Source of the DNA: Obrimoposthia wandeli
Taxonomy: Eukaryota
Length of the DNA stretch: 64,000 nucleotides
Reading direction: 5' to 3'
NCBI GenBank assembly: GCA_977020255.1
Contig: CDROCS010000288.1
Location: forward strand, 1,178,001-1,242,000
The notes under the pieces are model-generated. The model worked only from the letters and a program-made list of their open reading frames with translations. It made no database searches and had not been told where the DNA came from. Within the stretch, counting starts at the first letter, position 1, and the number at the start of each line of letters is the position of its first letter. A program made the position numbers and the translations under genes. Below are positions 36,424 to 51,329 of the stretch, piece after piece.

Positions 36424-38418
36424 TTGACAAAGGAATACATCTCAACAATAGAAGATCATATTATAAAAGGTTATTTTAAAAAAATCGATGAGGAAGAAAA
36501 TAAAGATACAAAGTGGCTGATTCCACACTTTTCAGAAATAATAAGAGATAAAGAAACAACAAAAGTTCAGATATTATTTGACGCTGCAGCAAAGTTCCAA
36601 GGAGTTTGTTTAAATGACAAGACAGAAGCTGTACCAAAACTCCGGGAAGATTTATTTGATATATTGTTACGTTTCCGTAAGTTTGAAATTACACTGGCGT
36701 GTGACATATCAGAAATGTATTTATAGGGGTCATTGAAACCAGAAGATCTCCTGTAACACCGACATTTATAGCGTGAAGAAGTGGGGTACGTTTGAACTTA
36801 TGAATATTCTTGATTAGTTTTTGGAATCAAGGCGCCAACGTTCTTGACTCAGTTGATATCACGCGGAAATGTAGAAATTATTCAAGAAGTTTTTCAGAGG
36901 GCAGCCAAATCAGTGCTAAAGTCTACCTATATGAATGATATGAAATAAGTATTGCGCCTGATGGTTGAATTAAAAAACTTTCAGAAAGAGCAGGAATGGG
37001 GTCGTGAAAATGGACAACGAATAACAGATCTGTGTTGGCGTATATATCGGAAGAGTACATAATACAAAATATATAGGTTTGAAGAAACCGAGAATTTGGC
37101 AGCAAAAAAGTTAGATATAAGTTGGCAGTGTAAGGAAGACGTATTTAAATTTAATGTTTATTTACTGAAGTTTGAAAAGATAACAGAAATAAATTTCCTA
37201 GGTTTATTGTCTCGTGTTTCTGATCCAATGGGATTTGTTGGTCCAGTTATTATCCGATACAAGATAACCATGCAAGAGCTTTGGGTATCGGGACTAGAAT
37301 GGGACGAAAACATTTTAGAAGGTATTGACAGATAAGCAAGAAAATGAATCAGACTCTGCAAAGTTTGAGACATTTAATATACCACGATGTTTCATTAGAA
37401 TTACGGGCTCAGATGTAGAAATAAATGTTTTTCTGACGCATCTAAATATGCATATGGTTTGATAGCTTATTTAAGACAGACAAATATTATCAGCCGTTTA
37501 AAATTTGTTGCTACCAAGTTGAAAGTTTCGCCATTAAAAGTTAAAAAGAGCTAATGGCAGCTAAAGTAGGAGTAAAATTGGCGAAGACAATTCCTCGGGC
37601 TCTAGAATTAGATGCGAGGGCTTCTTTTGGTCCGATAGTTTGGACGTTCTCTGCCGGATACGACAACCATGAAAACTGTTCAAACTGTTTGTAGCCAATA
37701 GAGTTGGAAAAATTTAGAGTGAAATAAATATTTGTAATTGGAAATGTCCCAACGAAGGAGAACCTAGCTGATATGTTGTCTCGAGATGAGCCGGCAGATG
37801 TTTTGGCGAAATGAAAAATGTGGTGTAAAGGCCCGAAGTTCTTAATGCAGTGCGCTGATCAATGGTCAAAGAGTGCGGAACTTAGATCAAGATATCAGAA
37901 GAAAGACATATAAATAAAGTTTTTTTTGACAATTTCTGTAAGATACAATCTTAGAGGGTCTGTGTGAAACACAAGTTGTTTTAAGCTAGAGACATATTCA
38001 TGTCTTATACGCCTACGACGTGTAAGAGCTTGGAGTTCAAGATTAATACTCAATTGTAGACTCAACTGAGATCAGCAAACAGTGGGAGAGTTATCTGTAA
38101 ATGAGTTAAACGAGGTCGAGATCGAGCTAATAAGGAACAGCCAGAAAGAGTTTTTTAGTTATGAAGTAAGATTGAGAGACAAACTTAAGCCAATTCCAAA
38201 AACAAGTGATTTACAGAGGTTGAATCCTATCTTAGATGATGATGGGGTTTGGAGAAGTAATGCAAGAATCTTTCATGCGGACTGTTTAGGTTATGATGTT
38301 TGATTCCCGATTATTGTGAGCGAGAAGATCAGTTTGGCAAGGTTAATTATAAAATAAATTAACGAGAAGTTGAAGCATTACCTTGATATGCAGCATGTTC
38401 TAAAGGAGGTATGCGAAT
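36424..38418 (+). pseudogene. BEL/Pao LTR-retrotransposon pol remnant (RT, RNase H/DUF, start of the integrase region)
   Basis: WLIPHF..IRDKETTKVQILFDAAAK..GVCLND, LFDILLRFR..I.L.CDISEMYL, DPMGFVGP.IIR.KI.MQELW.SGLEWDE, FSDASKYAYG, LNPILDDDGV.RS..RI; many stops. Confidence 0.9.
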
Positions 38419-38949
38419 ATTCACCTACTGGCTTCGACAGGAATACTATTCTTTGACCTCAATATAACCCAGTATCAGGAATTTCCAGGTTTAAATTTTA
38501 TGTAAAAATTAGAGAAATTAGGAACAATTGTCAAACCGTGGTATAATCTTAATGCTCATCAGGCAATGATCATGTCTGGCGTAAACTGGGTTAATTTTAA
38601 TTCTAGTAGATATAGTTATTTGTGTGGTACCCAGTCTAAGTTAGTCAGAGATCTTGATTAAATTACGGGGCGATACCTGGGAACTGTGTGTAATCTTTGT
38701 AACCTTGACTGTCGACTCCATAAAGAACCACGCATTCCCATCGTGTTTTAAAATCTCAAAGGATATGATTTACATCATAAAATTAAATAGGCGTTGGGTA
38801 CATAAGGCTCATGGGAAATTTCTTGAATACCTCAAACTTCAGATAAATATTTATCTTTAACTGCATATACTAAATTCTACAGTTTAAAATTGATGGATTA
38901 TCTACAGTTTTTGAATGGGTCTTTAAAAAAATTAACTGAATCTTTAAAT
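38419..38949 (+). pseudogene. Isolated Maverick pPolB exonuclease-region fragment (third copy)
   Basis: Collinear with the reverse complement of ~25420-25960 (IHL.AS.G.LF, VKPWYNLNAHQAM, TGRYLG..CNLCN, LKGYDLH, PQTS.KYLSLTAY). Confidence 0.85.
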
Positions 38950-39991
38950 TACATTGACACAGAATTCATATTGGAAATATGTTTTGTTCAAACATACAAT
39001 CTGTACTCTTGGTCAGAGATAATTTGACGAGATTGATTATATTATTCAAGTTTGCAGTTACTGTAAATATACGGTAAACATATATTATATACTCTATAAG
39101 TTCTGAACGAATGGGCAAGGTGCAATTCATTATCCTACAATTTTCTAATAATAATTAAATTAATACAATTGATTAATCACCCGATCTGAAAATAAAACGT
39201 GTATAATCATTACACTTCTAAACATACTGACATGGTTACCTCATTTGAAAGATAAAAGACTAACATGACAATGAATCAAAACTTTGTAAATAAGATTCGT
39301 AATCTTCAGGTGGAAAAACACGTTTTTAAACACAATTTTATACTTGATATGTACAAATCATTAGACAATCAGAGGCGAAAACACATGCACACATGTTTAG
39401 ACTATGTGTCAGAATTCCATCAATGAAATCATTTTATTTTAGAGGTAGGCAAGCAAGTAAATATACTTGACAATTTCAGTTGATTGTTCATAATTATGAG
39501 TCGCTCAAGAAACATTAAAATGGTTAAACCGCTTGACAAGATGGCGTTGATGATAAAAGAACAATAAATATAAATTCAGCAAGCCAGTCATATATTATAG
39601 CTGGTAATTCAATTTCCTGAAGATACCAATAATGTAAGGATTCATTGGTCTAGTAGCAATATATAAGACCAAATTTGACTACAGCATTTATCAGATCAAA
39701 CCATCCCCATGTTGATGATTTAAACGAAATATTCAAAAATATGAATATCGTTGAATCATCATTGAATAATATTGGGAAGATTAGCAATGGAGCTGCACAG
39801 ATTTGGTATGTAGTTTTCTGAAAATCATATTATTAACTATAAACAAATATTTTTTATTGATGCCACGATTGCTGTCTGGTAATGTAGAACATTTTAAATC
39901 GCATGAGGTAATATCTTTGAGGGAATCGTTTTAAACTTCGCACTAAATATTTATTAAATTATCGCAACATTAGTTCAGTAAAACAAAACTT

Positions 39992-40068
39992 TGCAAGGAG
40001 TGGGATTTGAATCCATGTGGAGATAACTCCAGTGGATCTTGAGACGCTAACCCCTAGATCATCCCTGA
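39992..40068 (-). pseudogene. tRNA-Leu(CAA)-derived pseudogene or SINE head
   Basis: The reverse complement has the CTCAAGA anticodon loop, a TGGAG-TTAT-CTCCA variable-arm hairpin and a GGATTCAAATCCCACTCCT T-arm/B-box. The D-arm and 5' anticodon stem are damaged. Confidence 0.72.
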
Positions 40069-43000
40069 TCTGAATTAATTAGGTCACATGATAAAAAATT
40101 GTGCAATTTATTTTCTCAGAAGGTAATATAGGAACTTTAATACATTTTCTTTTTAAATATCTTTTAGGATAATTTTTCTTTTTGGGAAAAATCAATTTTG
40201 AGTAAAAAATGTTTAATGTAAAATTACCAAGATTCGGTTTCTTCAGTATTAATCATGAGTATTAATAAAAAAATTATGCAGAATATATCTCAAGTTATTA
40301 ACATCTTTAAAAGGTAAGGCTCAATATCTCAAGTTAATAACTTTATCATAAAAAGTAGGTTTCTTCCGAGTAGATCATGAGTATTAATCATTATAGTAAA
40401 GTCTTCTTTTCAACTCATTTACTCAACAGTTCTCCCTACAAGTTGAATCCTTATCAGCAAGAATCAAAGTGCGAGTGACATTTTGCCATTGCTGATGTTT
40501 CGGCTCATAGCTCATGACTCAGGGGGTATGTTGAGTCAATGAGTTAGAAAGTACACTTCACCACTCAGTTTTAGCCTTTCTTTATTATAACCTCTTTTGT
40601 TACTGATTAAATCAAATGGGTGATTCATTTATTGTTTGATATATTGCTATGCAGCCCATTGTAATTTATTTGTTTACATAAGTGTCAGTACATTAAGTTT
40701 CTAGTAACAAGCTTTTGATTACTATTGCTTTAAGTTTATTATATGGAAAAACTAAAAAAACTCTTTTTTCATTCTAACATTATCCACATCTATATTTAAT
40801 ATAAATGAGCATGTAGGAAAACATTTTTGATGTATCTTCATTGATGTTTCATTATATAATTATTATTCTTAGAAATATTTACAATATATACATGTCACTT
40901 TATCACTTGATTCAATTCAATTCATTAAAAACACGATTTTTCTAATGATGTATTGAATTAGTTTACTTTAAAATATAATTTAAATGACTTTAACCTATAG
41001 CGTTTAAATTTAGTATTTGGATTTAGAACTGTCATATCTGAATATTTAATTTTACTTCTGTTTACACCATCAGTTATACTTTATAATGCATAAGATTATC
41101 CATAAGATTTGATATTACAGGACATGAAACATAAAAATATAATTTTTTATAACATACACATACAATCTTTTTTGCTTGTGAGCTAATCAGAATGAAACTA
41201 AATTTGACAATGGCTAAGATTTGAAAGGGAATAAATATAACTTGTTTTAGTTTAATTTTAACAAACTATATATTCAAAAAATATATACAAACAATTTTAC
41301 AAGAGTATCTTGTAAACTACAGTCTTTTTTTAACATATATATTATTAAGTAATGAAAAGATAGTAATGTAGATCATTAAAAGCAAAATTACTTATTCACA
41401 AAGATGAAATTAATCCAAGCTAATAAAAATGAGGCCTATTTTTAGCAGCTTTTTATACGAATGTTTACAAAACACTTGTGAAATTTTAGACAGAACAGTA
41501 ATTCCAAGTAATATCATTAAATAGATGGCAAAAATTATAAAAGATAAATAATTCATCCAGAAAGTGTAGTTTTTGTTAAAAGTTGGTCGGTGTTTCTGAA
41601 ATAAATTATTTGACAAATATAAATTTTAAATGCGTACTTTCGGTAAATCTATAAATTTTTCAATTAAAATTAAATAATAACTAAAAACTTTGTGCAAACT
41701 GGATAATATTGGTGAAAGGGATGGATTAGCCTGCAGGCCAGACTTTGTGCATGCGTTATTTTTAGCAACCATAAAATATTCGCTATAATGGACACCACAA
41801 TATTGTTTCAAATAGTACCAATACGTTACAAACTTTTAAACATTGAAGTAAATTTCTATTGTGGTAAATAATTATATAATTTAAAAATTTATTATGTTTT
41901 AGAATCTTTAGAATGATTTCTATACATTCAAAATAAAAATCATCATTTATTTCTCAATAAGTGCTTCCAAGCTAATCCAATATGATAGATTTTCACTTCT
42001 CGTCAGATTCCCTACCAATAAAATTTATTTACTCGTTAACTTGATTTTATTTATTTGACATATAACAATTAATTCATGTGTAAAGTTGCAAAAATATTTT
42101 ATACTTTTCTTCTTCTTAACAATCAATGAAAAGGTATATAATCTCATTGAATTGATAAGTATTTATCACATTTTGAAATAAATAAGAGAATCGAAGAGGA
42201 CTGCTTGTTATCATTATCAAAATTGAAAAAAAAACATGAACACGGCAATTAGATATTTCAAATCCTTATTTATCATGTAACTGAATTTGATTAAATAAAA
42301 CTATATTCTTTCAGTCGTTATTGATTCCATTCATACTACAAATATGTTACTAACAATGTGCCTACAAATATATTTTAATATCGAATTATAATTATAATTA
42401 ATTTCTAAACCCATAACTTACAAACTATCGATAATACATTTTCATAGCTACTTTTTAAACTTATTTCTAAAATACTATCTTATCATCAATTTTCAACAAC
42501 CAATGAGCTTCAAAAAATAGGATATTTTCATTACATAGGTATATGTATCATTAAATAATGAAAAATTATCAAATATAAATTCATAGAAACGTACATAAAC
42601 CAATCGATTTTTATTTCTAGTTATTATTTCAAAAGGCCACATATTTTAAGTAGCACTGACATGCTCTATGCGTTAAAAATTAATTTAGAAGAAGATATTT
42701 TAAATGTTACAAAATAAAAATTATTTGGATTGTATAATGCTACATAGCTATGTATGCTACTTAAAGGAATTTTTTAAAACTTAAAAATTTTGTCACAAAA
42801 TTACATGGGTGGAAAGGTGTTTACATCATTACATCATCGTCTCGTGGTGATGTTTAACTGCAGTGATACAACAATTAAGAGGTACGCGAAAATGCAATGT
42901 TTCCTGAGTACGAATGTCATTAAAAATATACCAAAATGTAGGTCAGCCAATCAACATCGAATAAAAAGTGTGGAAATATCCTCTTGACTAATAAAAATGC

Positions 43001-44399
43001 ATCGAAAATGACCATGAGTCATTCCCTTGAAGTGGGACAGCTGGAAACTCAATAAAAGAGAAATGACACTTTATACTACTCGCCCCAACAAGTTACATTA
43101 AAAAATCCTTATGTTGCATTAGTCAACTTTTCGTCACAATTTTTTTATTATATTTAACTGATACAGACAATATTGAACAATATTGTTAATAGCATTTTAT
43201 GAATATTTGATATTTTCTCAAATTTTTCATATTACATATGCACTTTATCAACTGAAAAGGTGAAATGATATTTGAAGATTATTTACATTTTATTGGAAAT
43301 TCAGTAATTATAATTAAACACATTACATATTTTTAAAATAAAATTTTATCATAAAAAGGAAAAGGTTTATTGAGGTTATCAAAATATATCAAAATTATTT
43401 AAAAATAAAATCTTATTTATTTTAAATCGGTAATCTTTAAATATCACGTGACCGTCTTTGTCAGTAAAGTGCATTTTCAGCGATTTTTTTGGAAACTTTT
43501 CAATGCGTATTTTATTAAACATAAATCTTTTGACAACAAAGTTATATGTTGGGTGTTTAATTCTATCCTATTAACTACTTTATTCAAATTTAGGAGTCAT
43601 TTTCACAAAGCAATAATGTGAAAATGTTAAGATGAGAGGCGAAATGCTGAGTTGGGTGTGAAGTAATTTTCTTTCTTACACTGAAGTGGTGTGGGACTTC
43701 GGAAATGTTATCTGACACCAACGCAAATATTGTAATTCAATTTTTCGTTAATTTTTTCTTCAAAACGGACACAATGAATAGTTCTTTGAAAATGCTAATA
43801 AATCTGAATAGAAAATTCCAGTGCACTCTTGTTTTTTGGAGTTTCTTTCAATATATATTTTCAATATAATTTAACTTCTATTTAATCTTGGTAAATTTAT
43901 TTTAAAATTTTTAGAAAATAATATCTTTAGGAGAAAAGAAAATCTATTTTCATTTATAAATAGATAAATTTGTATTTTTAGCGCATATATACACACAACT
44001 GTTACTCCTCAATCACACCATATCGTCATATTATAATTATTTATCTTTGCATTCTTATTTCTGCAACTGCTGACGATTTTAATTGCGTCTTAAAATTTAG
44101 ACACAAGAATTTTCCCGGATGTAATTGATTTGTAGTTTAACACCTCTAGAACAAATGCTGAAAAGAGTTTAACTCTCGATATTTTTTGAATTTATCCTTT
44201 GTTGTCATTTCTAGAATTTATTGCAGTCGCAATCTCATTCTGTTGCGAGATCACATAGATATGCTGGCTGTTTCTTTTATAAACACTTCTTTACAATTTT
44301 CATTATTTTGTAATTAATTATTTCTCTGACACATAATCAACCAAGCTCTTTTAGTTGATTATTTATATAGCCTTATTTTATAAATTTTGATCTAAAAAC

Positions 44400-45250
44400 A
44401 TTTTTTTAATACAATGGTTCTTAGTTCTATTTGTATATATTTCTGGCAACATGTTGATGCCTTTATGCAGATATTTGTTGTTCTTTGCCTTGAAGCCAAT
44501 TAAATGTATAACTAAATCCTTGTATCTTAATGATTCCTTGATAGGACTAAGAAGATATCAAATCGAAAGGGGACAAAGTAGGAATGTATGAAGAAAGACG
44601 TTGAATGTGTCATCTGGGAGTTTCTGCTTCGCGAGAACAGCTTTATGTGGTTGTGCATTATCGTTTAAGAATAAAAGGTTATTGTAAAAAGTGTTGTCTA
44701 TATTTTCACGTTAAGCCAAACTGTAATAAGTTGCTGTAAGATGTCAATGGCATTGAATCTCACAAGTAGCTTGAAACAGATCATCTCTCTGTTTCTCGTG
44801 TTTTCTTCTGTCAAGGTATGTGGAATTCGATGATATGAAACATTTCCCCGTTGCTAAAAGATGCCTTTAAATTGTTGAAGAATCAATATTCAGTTCTTTA
44901 ACAATATCGGGAGTAGTTGTATGCTTATTTATTTTCAGAATTTCATTCATCTTCTGATGAAGGTTGACCAGAAAAGCATTTATCTTCAGGGTTAAAATTT
45001 TAAGATTATAATTTAATAATACATTGTTGAAAGGAAGACCATTAATTTCCAAATGCTGTACAAATTTCATTATTTGCGTCAGAAGCTGGTAAACCTATTT
45101 TAAAGCAGTGACATATTTCTTTACGCACTTCCCCTTTTGTAAATAGTATCACAAATAAATTGTAAACATTTCTACAACAGTTCAATAAATGAAAATTGGT
45201 TAAAAGTGATATAAAAAGGAAAAATGGTTATTAAAAGGTTACCTATTCAA
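44400..45250 (-). mobile_element. Degenerate mariner (DD34D-type) transposon remnant
   Basis: HTH-like LKINKHTTTPDIVKELNIDSSTI, RIPHTLTE (WVPHEL-like) and FLNDNAQPHKA..AKQKL; boundaries approximate. Confidence 0.75.
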
Positions 45251-45571
45251 ATAAAAAAATTTATATATATTTTTATATATTTAAAAAGACAACAGACAAT
45301 CATCACTCAAATTCCCATCAAAAGTTTCCAAAACAAGTCACACGATTTAATTCACTTGCATCCGAAACGATAGGAACTCGATACCATAAACGATCTGAAA
45401 TGTAGAAGACATAAATCTCTCTGTCGATCGGCTCCTGTACTGCAGATAGTTCCGATATGAAAGACAGGCAAAAACTCAACAGAACAAGATAAAAGGAAAG
45501 AAAGGACACACGGAAGATCACACGGAAGTTTATAATTGTTCCGTAGCAGTCGACAAAACTTTCAAGATATG

Positions 45572-46446
45572 CAGGGTGTCCCATTGAATTTGAACTATTT
45601 CTTATGTAATTAAAACACACACATATACAATTTTTATTGAATATTGAGTTTTATATTTTATAAAGTAAGGGTTTTTATTTTATTATGCAGACAATATGTA
45701 TAATAGGTTATTATGGAAAATATCAAACAGGACATCATAATTTTATATTATGAAAATAACAGAAGTATAATTTCGACTATTAAAGCTTACAATAAGAAAT
45801 ATAAATTAAAGTGAAATATCTTTAATAAAAAAAAGTTCAAAGAATAAAAAATAAGTTTGAAGCTGGAAATATAAAAATAATTTGAAAAGTTGGAAGTGTT
45901 GGGAAAATGATAATTGTGGACGATGATAAAAGATTAGAAGATAGCACAGAAAGTTTGATGAAACAAAGTAATAGTGAATTAACAAGCGTAAGAAAGATAG
46001 CTAAAAAAGTTGGATGGAGTTGAAAATTACCGTACATTGTTGGCTAAAGAAGTTATAAACCAAGGACAGTTCATCAACATTTACTTGATGATTATGAAAA
46101 ACGATTGCTATTCGCACAATCTCATCTTAATTCAATGGATTTTTACTTCTGGGGTTACCTGAAATTTAAAATGTATGAAAAATCGTTTAACTCATTGGAT
46201 CAATTAAAAGAACGAATTAAATTCTGTATGGAAGAAATGAAACTATTAGATTTCGAAAAAATGACAAAAATATACCGTTAAGACTTCAAGCAATTATTGA
46301 ACAAAATGGCGGACATATTGAACATTATGATAGATTTATATAAATCCCTTTTTGTCTGCAATCCATTTATTAGGGTTTTTATAATATATATTATATTGTT
46401 TTGTGATTTTAATTTATAATAGTTCGTTTTTCTGTGGGACACACTG
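45572..46446 (+). mobile_element. Internally deleted Tc1/mariner-superfamily (maT/DD37D-like) element with both TIRs
   Basis: CAGGGTGTCCCA...GAACTATT versus the reverse-complement right end CAGTGTGTCCCA...GAACTATT|TA. Internal YKPRTVHQ..LDDYEKRLLFA is joined to MDFYFWGYLK...LKERI...QNGGHIEH. Confidence 0.8.
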
Positions 46447-49143
46447 TATATACAATTTAAATGATTAAACAATTGCTTTCATCTGATCACTGGATAAATG
46501 AAAAATAATAAAACAAAAACCAATGATGTGTTGAAGTAAATTTGTTCATATATTTAAGATTTTTGCGCTTTAAAAACTTATTTATCTTATCTTAACAATT
46601 TACTTCGACAAAAAATCGTTCATTTTGAAAAGATCTTATATTTCTTAGCGTTGTTGTTAGTTTTGTTTTATAGTTTATCATTACCGTAGACTTGTACTTT
46701 TTAGATTTTATCGCTTATGCATTCTTCACGTATCAATTTACTAATTTATGCAATTCTAAGACACCTAAAAGCTCCGTTCTTTCACGTCTTTTGTCAAGCT
46801 TTCTTTGAGTCATCACGTACTAATAATATCAGATATATCTGCACAAGATATGGTTGTCTAGTTGATTATTTAATTAACAGTCAGTCAACGACTAAATTAG
46901 TTCAACGCGTACTTTAGAGTAGATATAATAAGCAAAAATAACATTTTTTGGGGTAAAATTGATTGATCATAATTTATTTTATAGACATTTAAGACAATTT
47001 AGAGATTATAATTGACTTTTTCGTCAAAATAAATAAAACATTTTTTTAAAGCACTCAATGCATTCACAAACTGAAAAAAACACAGCCAAATTCTAAGGGA
47101 CTGTTTTCTATTTACAAATTTTATTAATATAACTAGATGAAGATATATAAAGAATAAAGAAATAGTTTTAGTACTAGTTTGAATGTCAAAGCAAAATAAT
47201 GACGCTGTAAAGAATCAGTTTATTCCGGATATGGGTTATAAAAATGAGACATAAAATAACATTTAAAACCATTCCGTATATATTTCGAACTTTTATTTTG
47301 TTAATACTTTGTCAATCCTCAGCAACCAAAGGGACAAATGAAACGATTTTTAAAATTATTCTATAGTTCATAAAAACAAATAATATCATATAATTATAAA
47401 AAACCATTGAAATGTTGTATAACTAATATTATAGTTCATAAATGTTTCGATTCAATTAAAAATAACAAATTAAACATTATCTGTCTATACGTTACACTAT
47501 TTTGAAAGGCTGCAATTTTCTTGACTTACAGCGAACTCAAGTGATAATTATAAACAGCAACGATTTATATATTATTCGACCGATGATTAAATTATATTCT
47601 TATTTAAAAAGATTTTTTCAGGAATCAGCATATTAATATAAAAGGGTAGCATTCAAAATTTCAACTGATTTTGTTTTAAAAAATCGATTATTTCAAATTT
47701 AAGATTTGTTTACAAAGAAATTAAAAATCGTAAGTTTCGTAAATTATTCAGGAAATATAAATTGTAAAATATTTTAATTCTAAATTTTCTGAAAGTCCAT
47801 TGATTTTGTAGGTTACACTACGATTTATAAATAAAACTAAAAGTTAATAAACTTATTTTTAATTTTCAATTTTGATACACAAATTCAGTGACGAGGGCTT
47901 AATTCTACTTTTCCATTAAATTGCAATTACATATGAAAAATGTTATAGTAAAAAAATTTAAAGATTTTTTTATAAAATATTTCTGATTTTTAGACACATT
48001 AAGGGGAATAAAACCAAAATAAATTCACACAAAAATATCTTTCTTTAAAATTAACGTTTTTAAGGGTTGATAAAAATGACAGGGGTGTTTCAGCAGTATT
48101 AGTGGAAAGGAAATGTAGATTTTGTGAGAACATTTAGGTACATATTTGTAACAATACCTTCATTTATAATTTTATACACATTATAATTTGAAGATCATCA
48201 TCACCGGTGTCAGTAAAATTTCAAGTAAAGCCAAAAATGATCGAATGTCTCAGTAACTTTGCGAAGGATATGTTAGACACATTTCAAACTACTGATGCAC
48301 ACTGAACACAAGGAAACATTTCTCAGATGACCGTTTCTTCGATCAACTAGAAGAAACTGACATTTTCAATGATTAAATGACAATTTAGAAATATGTATAA
48401 TAAATGGTGGACCGTAAAACGGGAAGTTCACTGCTCGATGAACTTACAGTTACAAAGTACGACTGTGATTCTCATTAATTGCGAATGAATTTTATACACT
48501 TTGAAAGACAAGCCCGACTTATTTCGATAAACCATTCTCAGAGAAAAGGTTGTGTCAATTCCCAGAACTCAGCACTCTGAAAGCAACTTACTTCTGGAGG
48601 AAGTGAATCCCTATTTCACAGCTAAAGTACAGTCCCAATTTTGTTGCATTTTTAAATTGGTAGAGTGTAGATATATTATCCTGCCACTCTGCTCAAATGA
48701 AGTTTCTTTTCACAGTTTGCCGTATTGATCTGCATGATTGCCACAAACTTAAGCTGGGACTCTTTTGTCATTACTGCAGAAGCAGAAGGAGTGGCTACCC
48801 CATATGCCCACTGGAACTCTGTAATTTGGCAAGCCGCATAGTTGGTTGTTCGGGAACTTAAGGAAAAGATCAAGCCTCGGCATTGCTTCCACTATCAAGA
48901 TCTGCAGGAGTGTCAAATAGGGACATATTTGACTTATATATAACATTAGGTTAAAGAAAGTGCAGAATTGAAAATTTATTGAATATCGATTGTGTTCAAT
49001 TAAAACCTGGGTCTCACATTGACTCCGGATATCCGTTGATTTTACTACTAGGATCATTACGCAACACTTGTACAATTGTAAAATCATGTATACATTCTAT
49101 AAGTCACAAATGCACTATATGATAGTAGGTAGAAGGATGAAGT

Positions 49144-49304
49144 CTAGATCACTTGACCCCCCCTAAAGGGTGTCACACCATAAAGATGTCTTGCCACACC
49201 ATAAGAGTATATGTTGCCTCACCTCTGGTGAGGCAACATATACCCTTATGGTGTGACACCCTTTAGGGGAGGGGAGGGGGAGGGGGAGGGGTCAAGTGAT
49301 CTAG
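49144..49304. other. Subterminal hairpin with a G-rich bulge (left; the mirror copy is at 58152-58335)
   Basis: CTAGATCACTTGACCCC...ATATGTTGCCTCACC-TCT-GGTGAGGCAACATAT...GGGGTCAAGTGATCTAG; G4-like (G4-5A)n at ~49266-49291. Confidence 0.92.
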
Positions 49305-49371
49305 TCTCCACCCTTCTTTGATATACCACTAAAGGGTTGTGGTCGACCATAATTCAAAGGGTCAAGTGGTC

Positions 49372-49470
49372 TAGTCTCCACCCTTCTTTTTGTGATATAG
49401 TCTCCACCCTTCTTTTTGTGATCTAGTCTCCACCCTTCTTTTTGTGGTCTAGTCTCCACCCTTCTTTTTG
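49372..49470. repeat. Tandem ~24-bp repeat TAGTCTCCACCCTTCTTTTTG(T/G)G x4 (mirrored at ~57986-58085)
   Basis: Direct reading. Confidence 0.88.
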
Positions 49471-51329
49471 GCTAACCACTATGATCGTCCATAATTCAAA
49501 GGATCAAGGTCAATTTTGACTTGAAACTTTGAAGGTATAATTAAGATCATGTGAAAGTTCGCACTTAAAGGTTAAGGAATGTATTACGTAATAATACACA
49601 TACTATTCTATGTGAAAATCAAGGCTAAAGTTCACTCTTATCAGTTAAGGAATGTGGTTTTTAACACACACACTATTCTATGTGAAAGTTTAGATCAAAA
49701 TTTTTTTCCTAGGCTCATACATTTATAGAATTATGATAAAATTTCTTTAAATAACTTAAATTATATATTAAAATAAAAAATAAAATAAGAAAGAAGTCAG
49801 AGAATAATACAAAATTAAACATATTTAATATGTAATTTCATAATATCATCTTCAAACTTAAGTGAATAACATTTGTAAAGTAAGAAAATCCATTCTTTAT
49901 ACATTCTTTCCGATTTAACAACTAAGTTACAACGGAATTAATAGAAAAAGAAAAAAAACAAAAAAACAACAACACTAAGTTTAACGCTATGAATGAAAAT
50001 TAGTAAAATATTAATTTATTTGAATATTTGAATGAAGGTTTGAAAAAAAAAATGAGAGTTAGATTGAATGTAAATGAATACAAGTATGAATGCAAATGAA
50101 TGCAAATACAAGTAAGTGTCTTAGTAAGTGAATGTAATTTAAAAATAAGAGTGTCGATAGTTTGATTGAATGCGAGTGTAATTTAGACTATAAGTAAATT
50201 AAAATAGAGTTTTCGTATGAATAAAGTTATGTTAAGTTACAGTAAATTAATAACAAGTAAGCAACTATAAGAAGCAGTGATATTGAAGTATGTTAAAAAT
50301 TAGAACGACTAAGTTATGGCAAGATTAATAGAAAACAACACCAAATTTGACAGTATGAATGAAAATTAGTAAAATATTAATGTATTTAAATGTATTTGAA
50401 TGATAGTTTGAATAAATTACAGTTAGATTGAATGTAAATTAATGCAAGTATGAATGCAGGGTCAAGTACAAGTAAGAAAGAATACGCAATATGCAAGTAC
50501 GAATGTCAATTATGAATGAAAATTAGTAAATATATTAATGAATTTGAATGTTAGTTTAAATATATGAGAGTTAGAATGAATGTAAGTGAATGCAAGTATG
50601 AATGTAAGTGAATGCAAATATGAATGCAAATACAAGTAAGAATCTTTGCAAGTGAATCTTAAACTACAAGTGAGTACTAGCTAATTATTAAATTAATACT
50701 ATCAATCAATGAAGATGATGTAAGTTATGATGAAGTTATAATAATTAAGATGCGAACTTTCATATTTTCACATAGTTTACTTCCATATTAAAGTTAACCT
50801 TTCATACATACTCATGCAATTAAATAATTAAAATGTCTTATCTCGTTTGATAAAATTCCTTAATTAAAATATTTTAAATAATTAGATAAATTTAAATTCT
50901 TTATTTTTAAATAACTTGATTATAAATTTATATTCGTAAATATAATTGAAATTATCAATATTCATTTCTCTTTTTAACTATTCGAAAATATATTTATATA
51001 CAAATTTAGTAAATTAACTCAACAAACAATTTTATTTTTTTTAATTACTTGATATTTTTGTCATTGTCTTATTAATATAATATGAATATTCAATTTATTT
51101 CTTCAAAAATTCATTTTTATATGTTAAATAATATTTCTTTATCACATTATTGTGGTTTTTATCAAGTGATTTTAACCTTAAACTATAAAAAATATTTTAA
51201 TTATAAAGTTAGTAGCTGTATTCCGTCGACTGCATATAATATAAATTTTAAATATAAAGTACTATTAAATGTATTCTTTCAAATGGTAAAAGTTCTTTCG
51301 AATTATTTAATTTTGTTTACATTCGAAAA

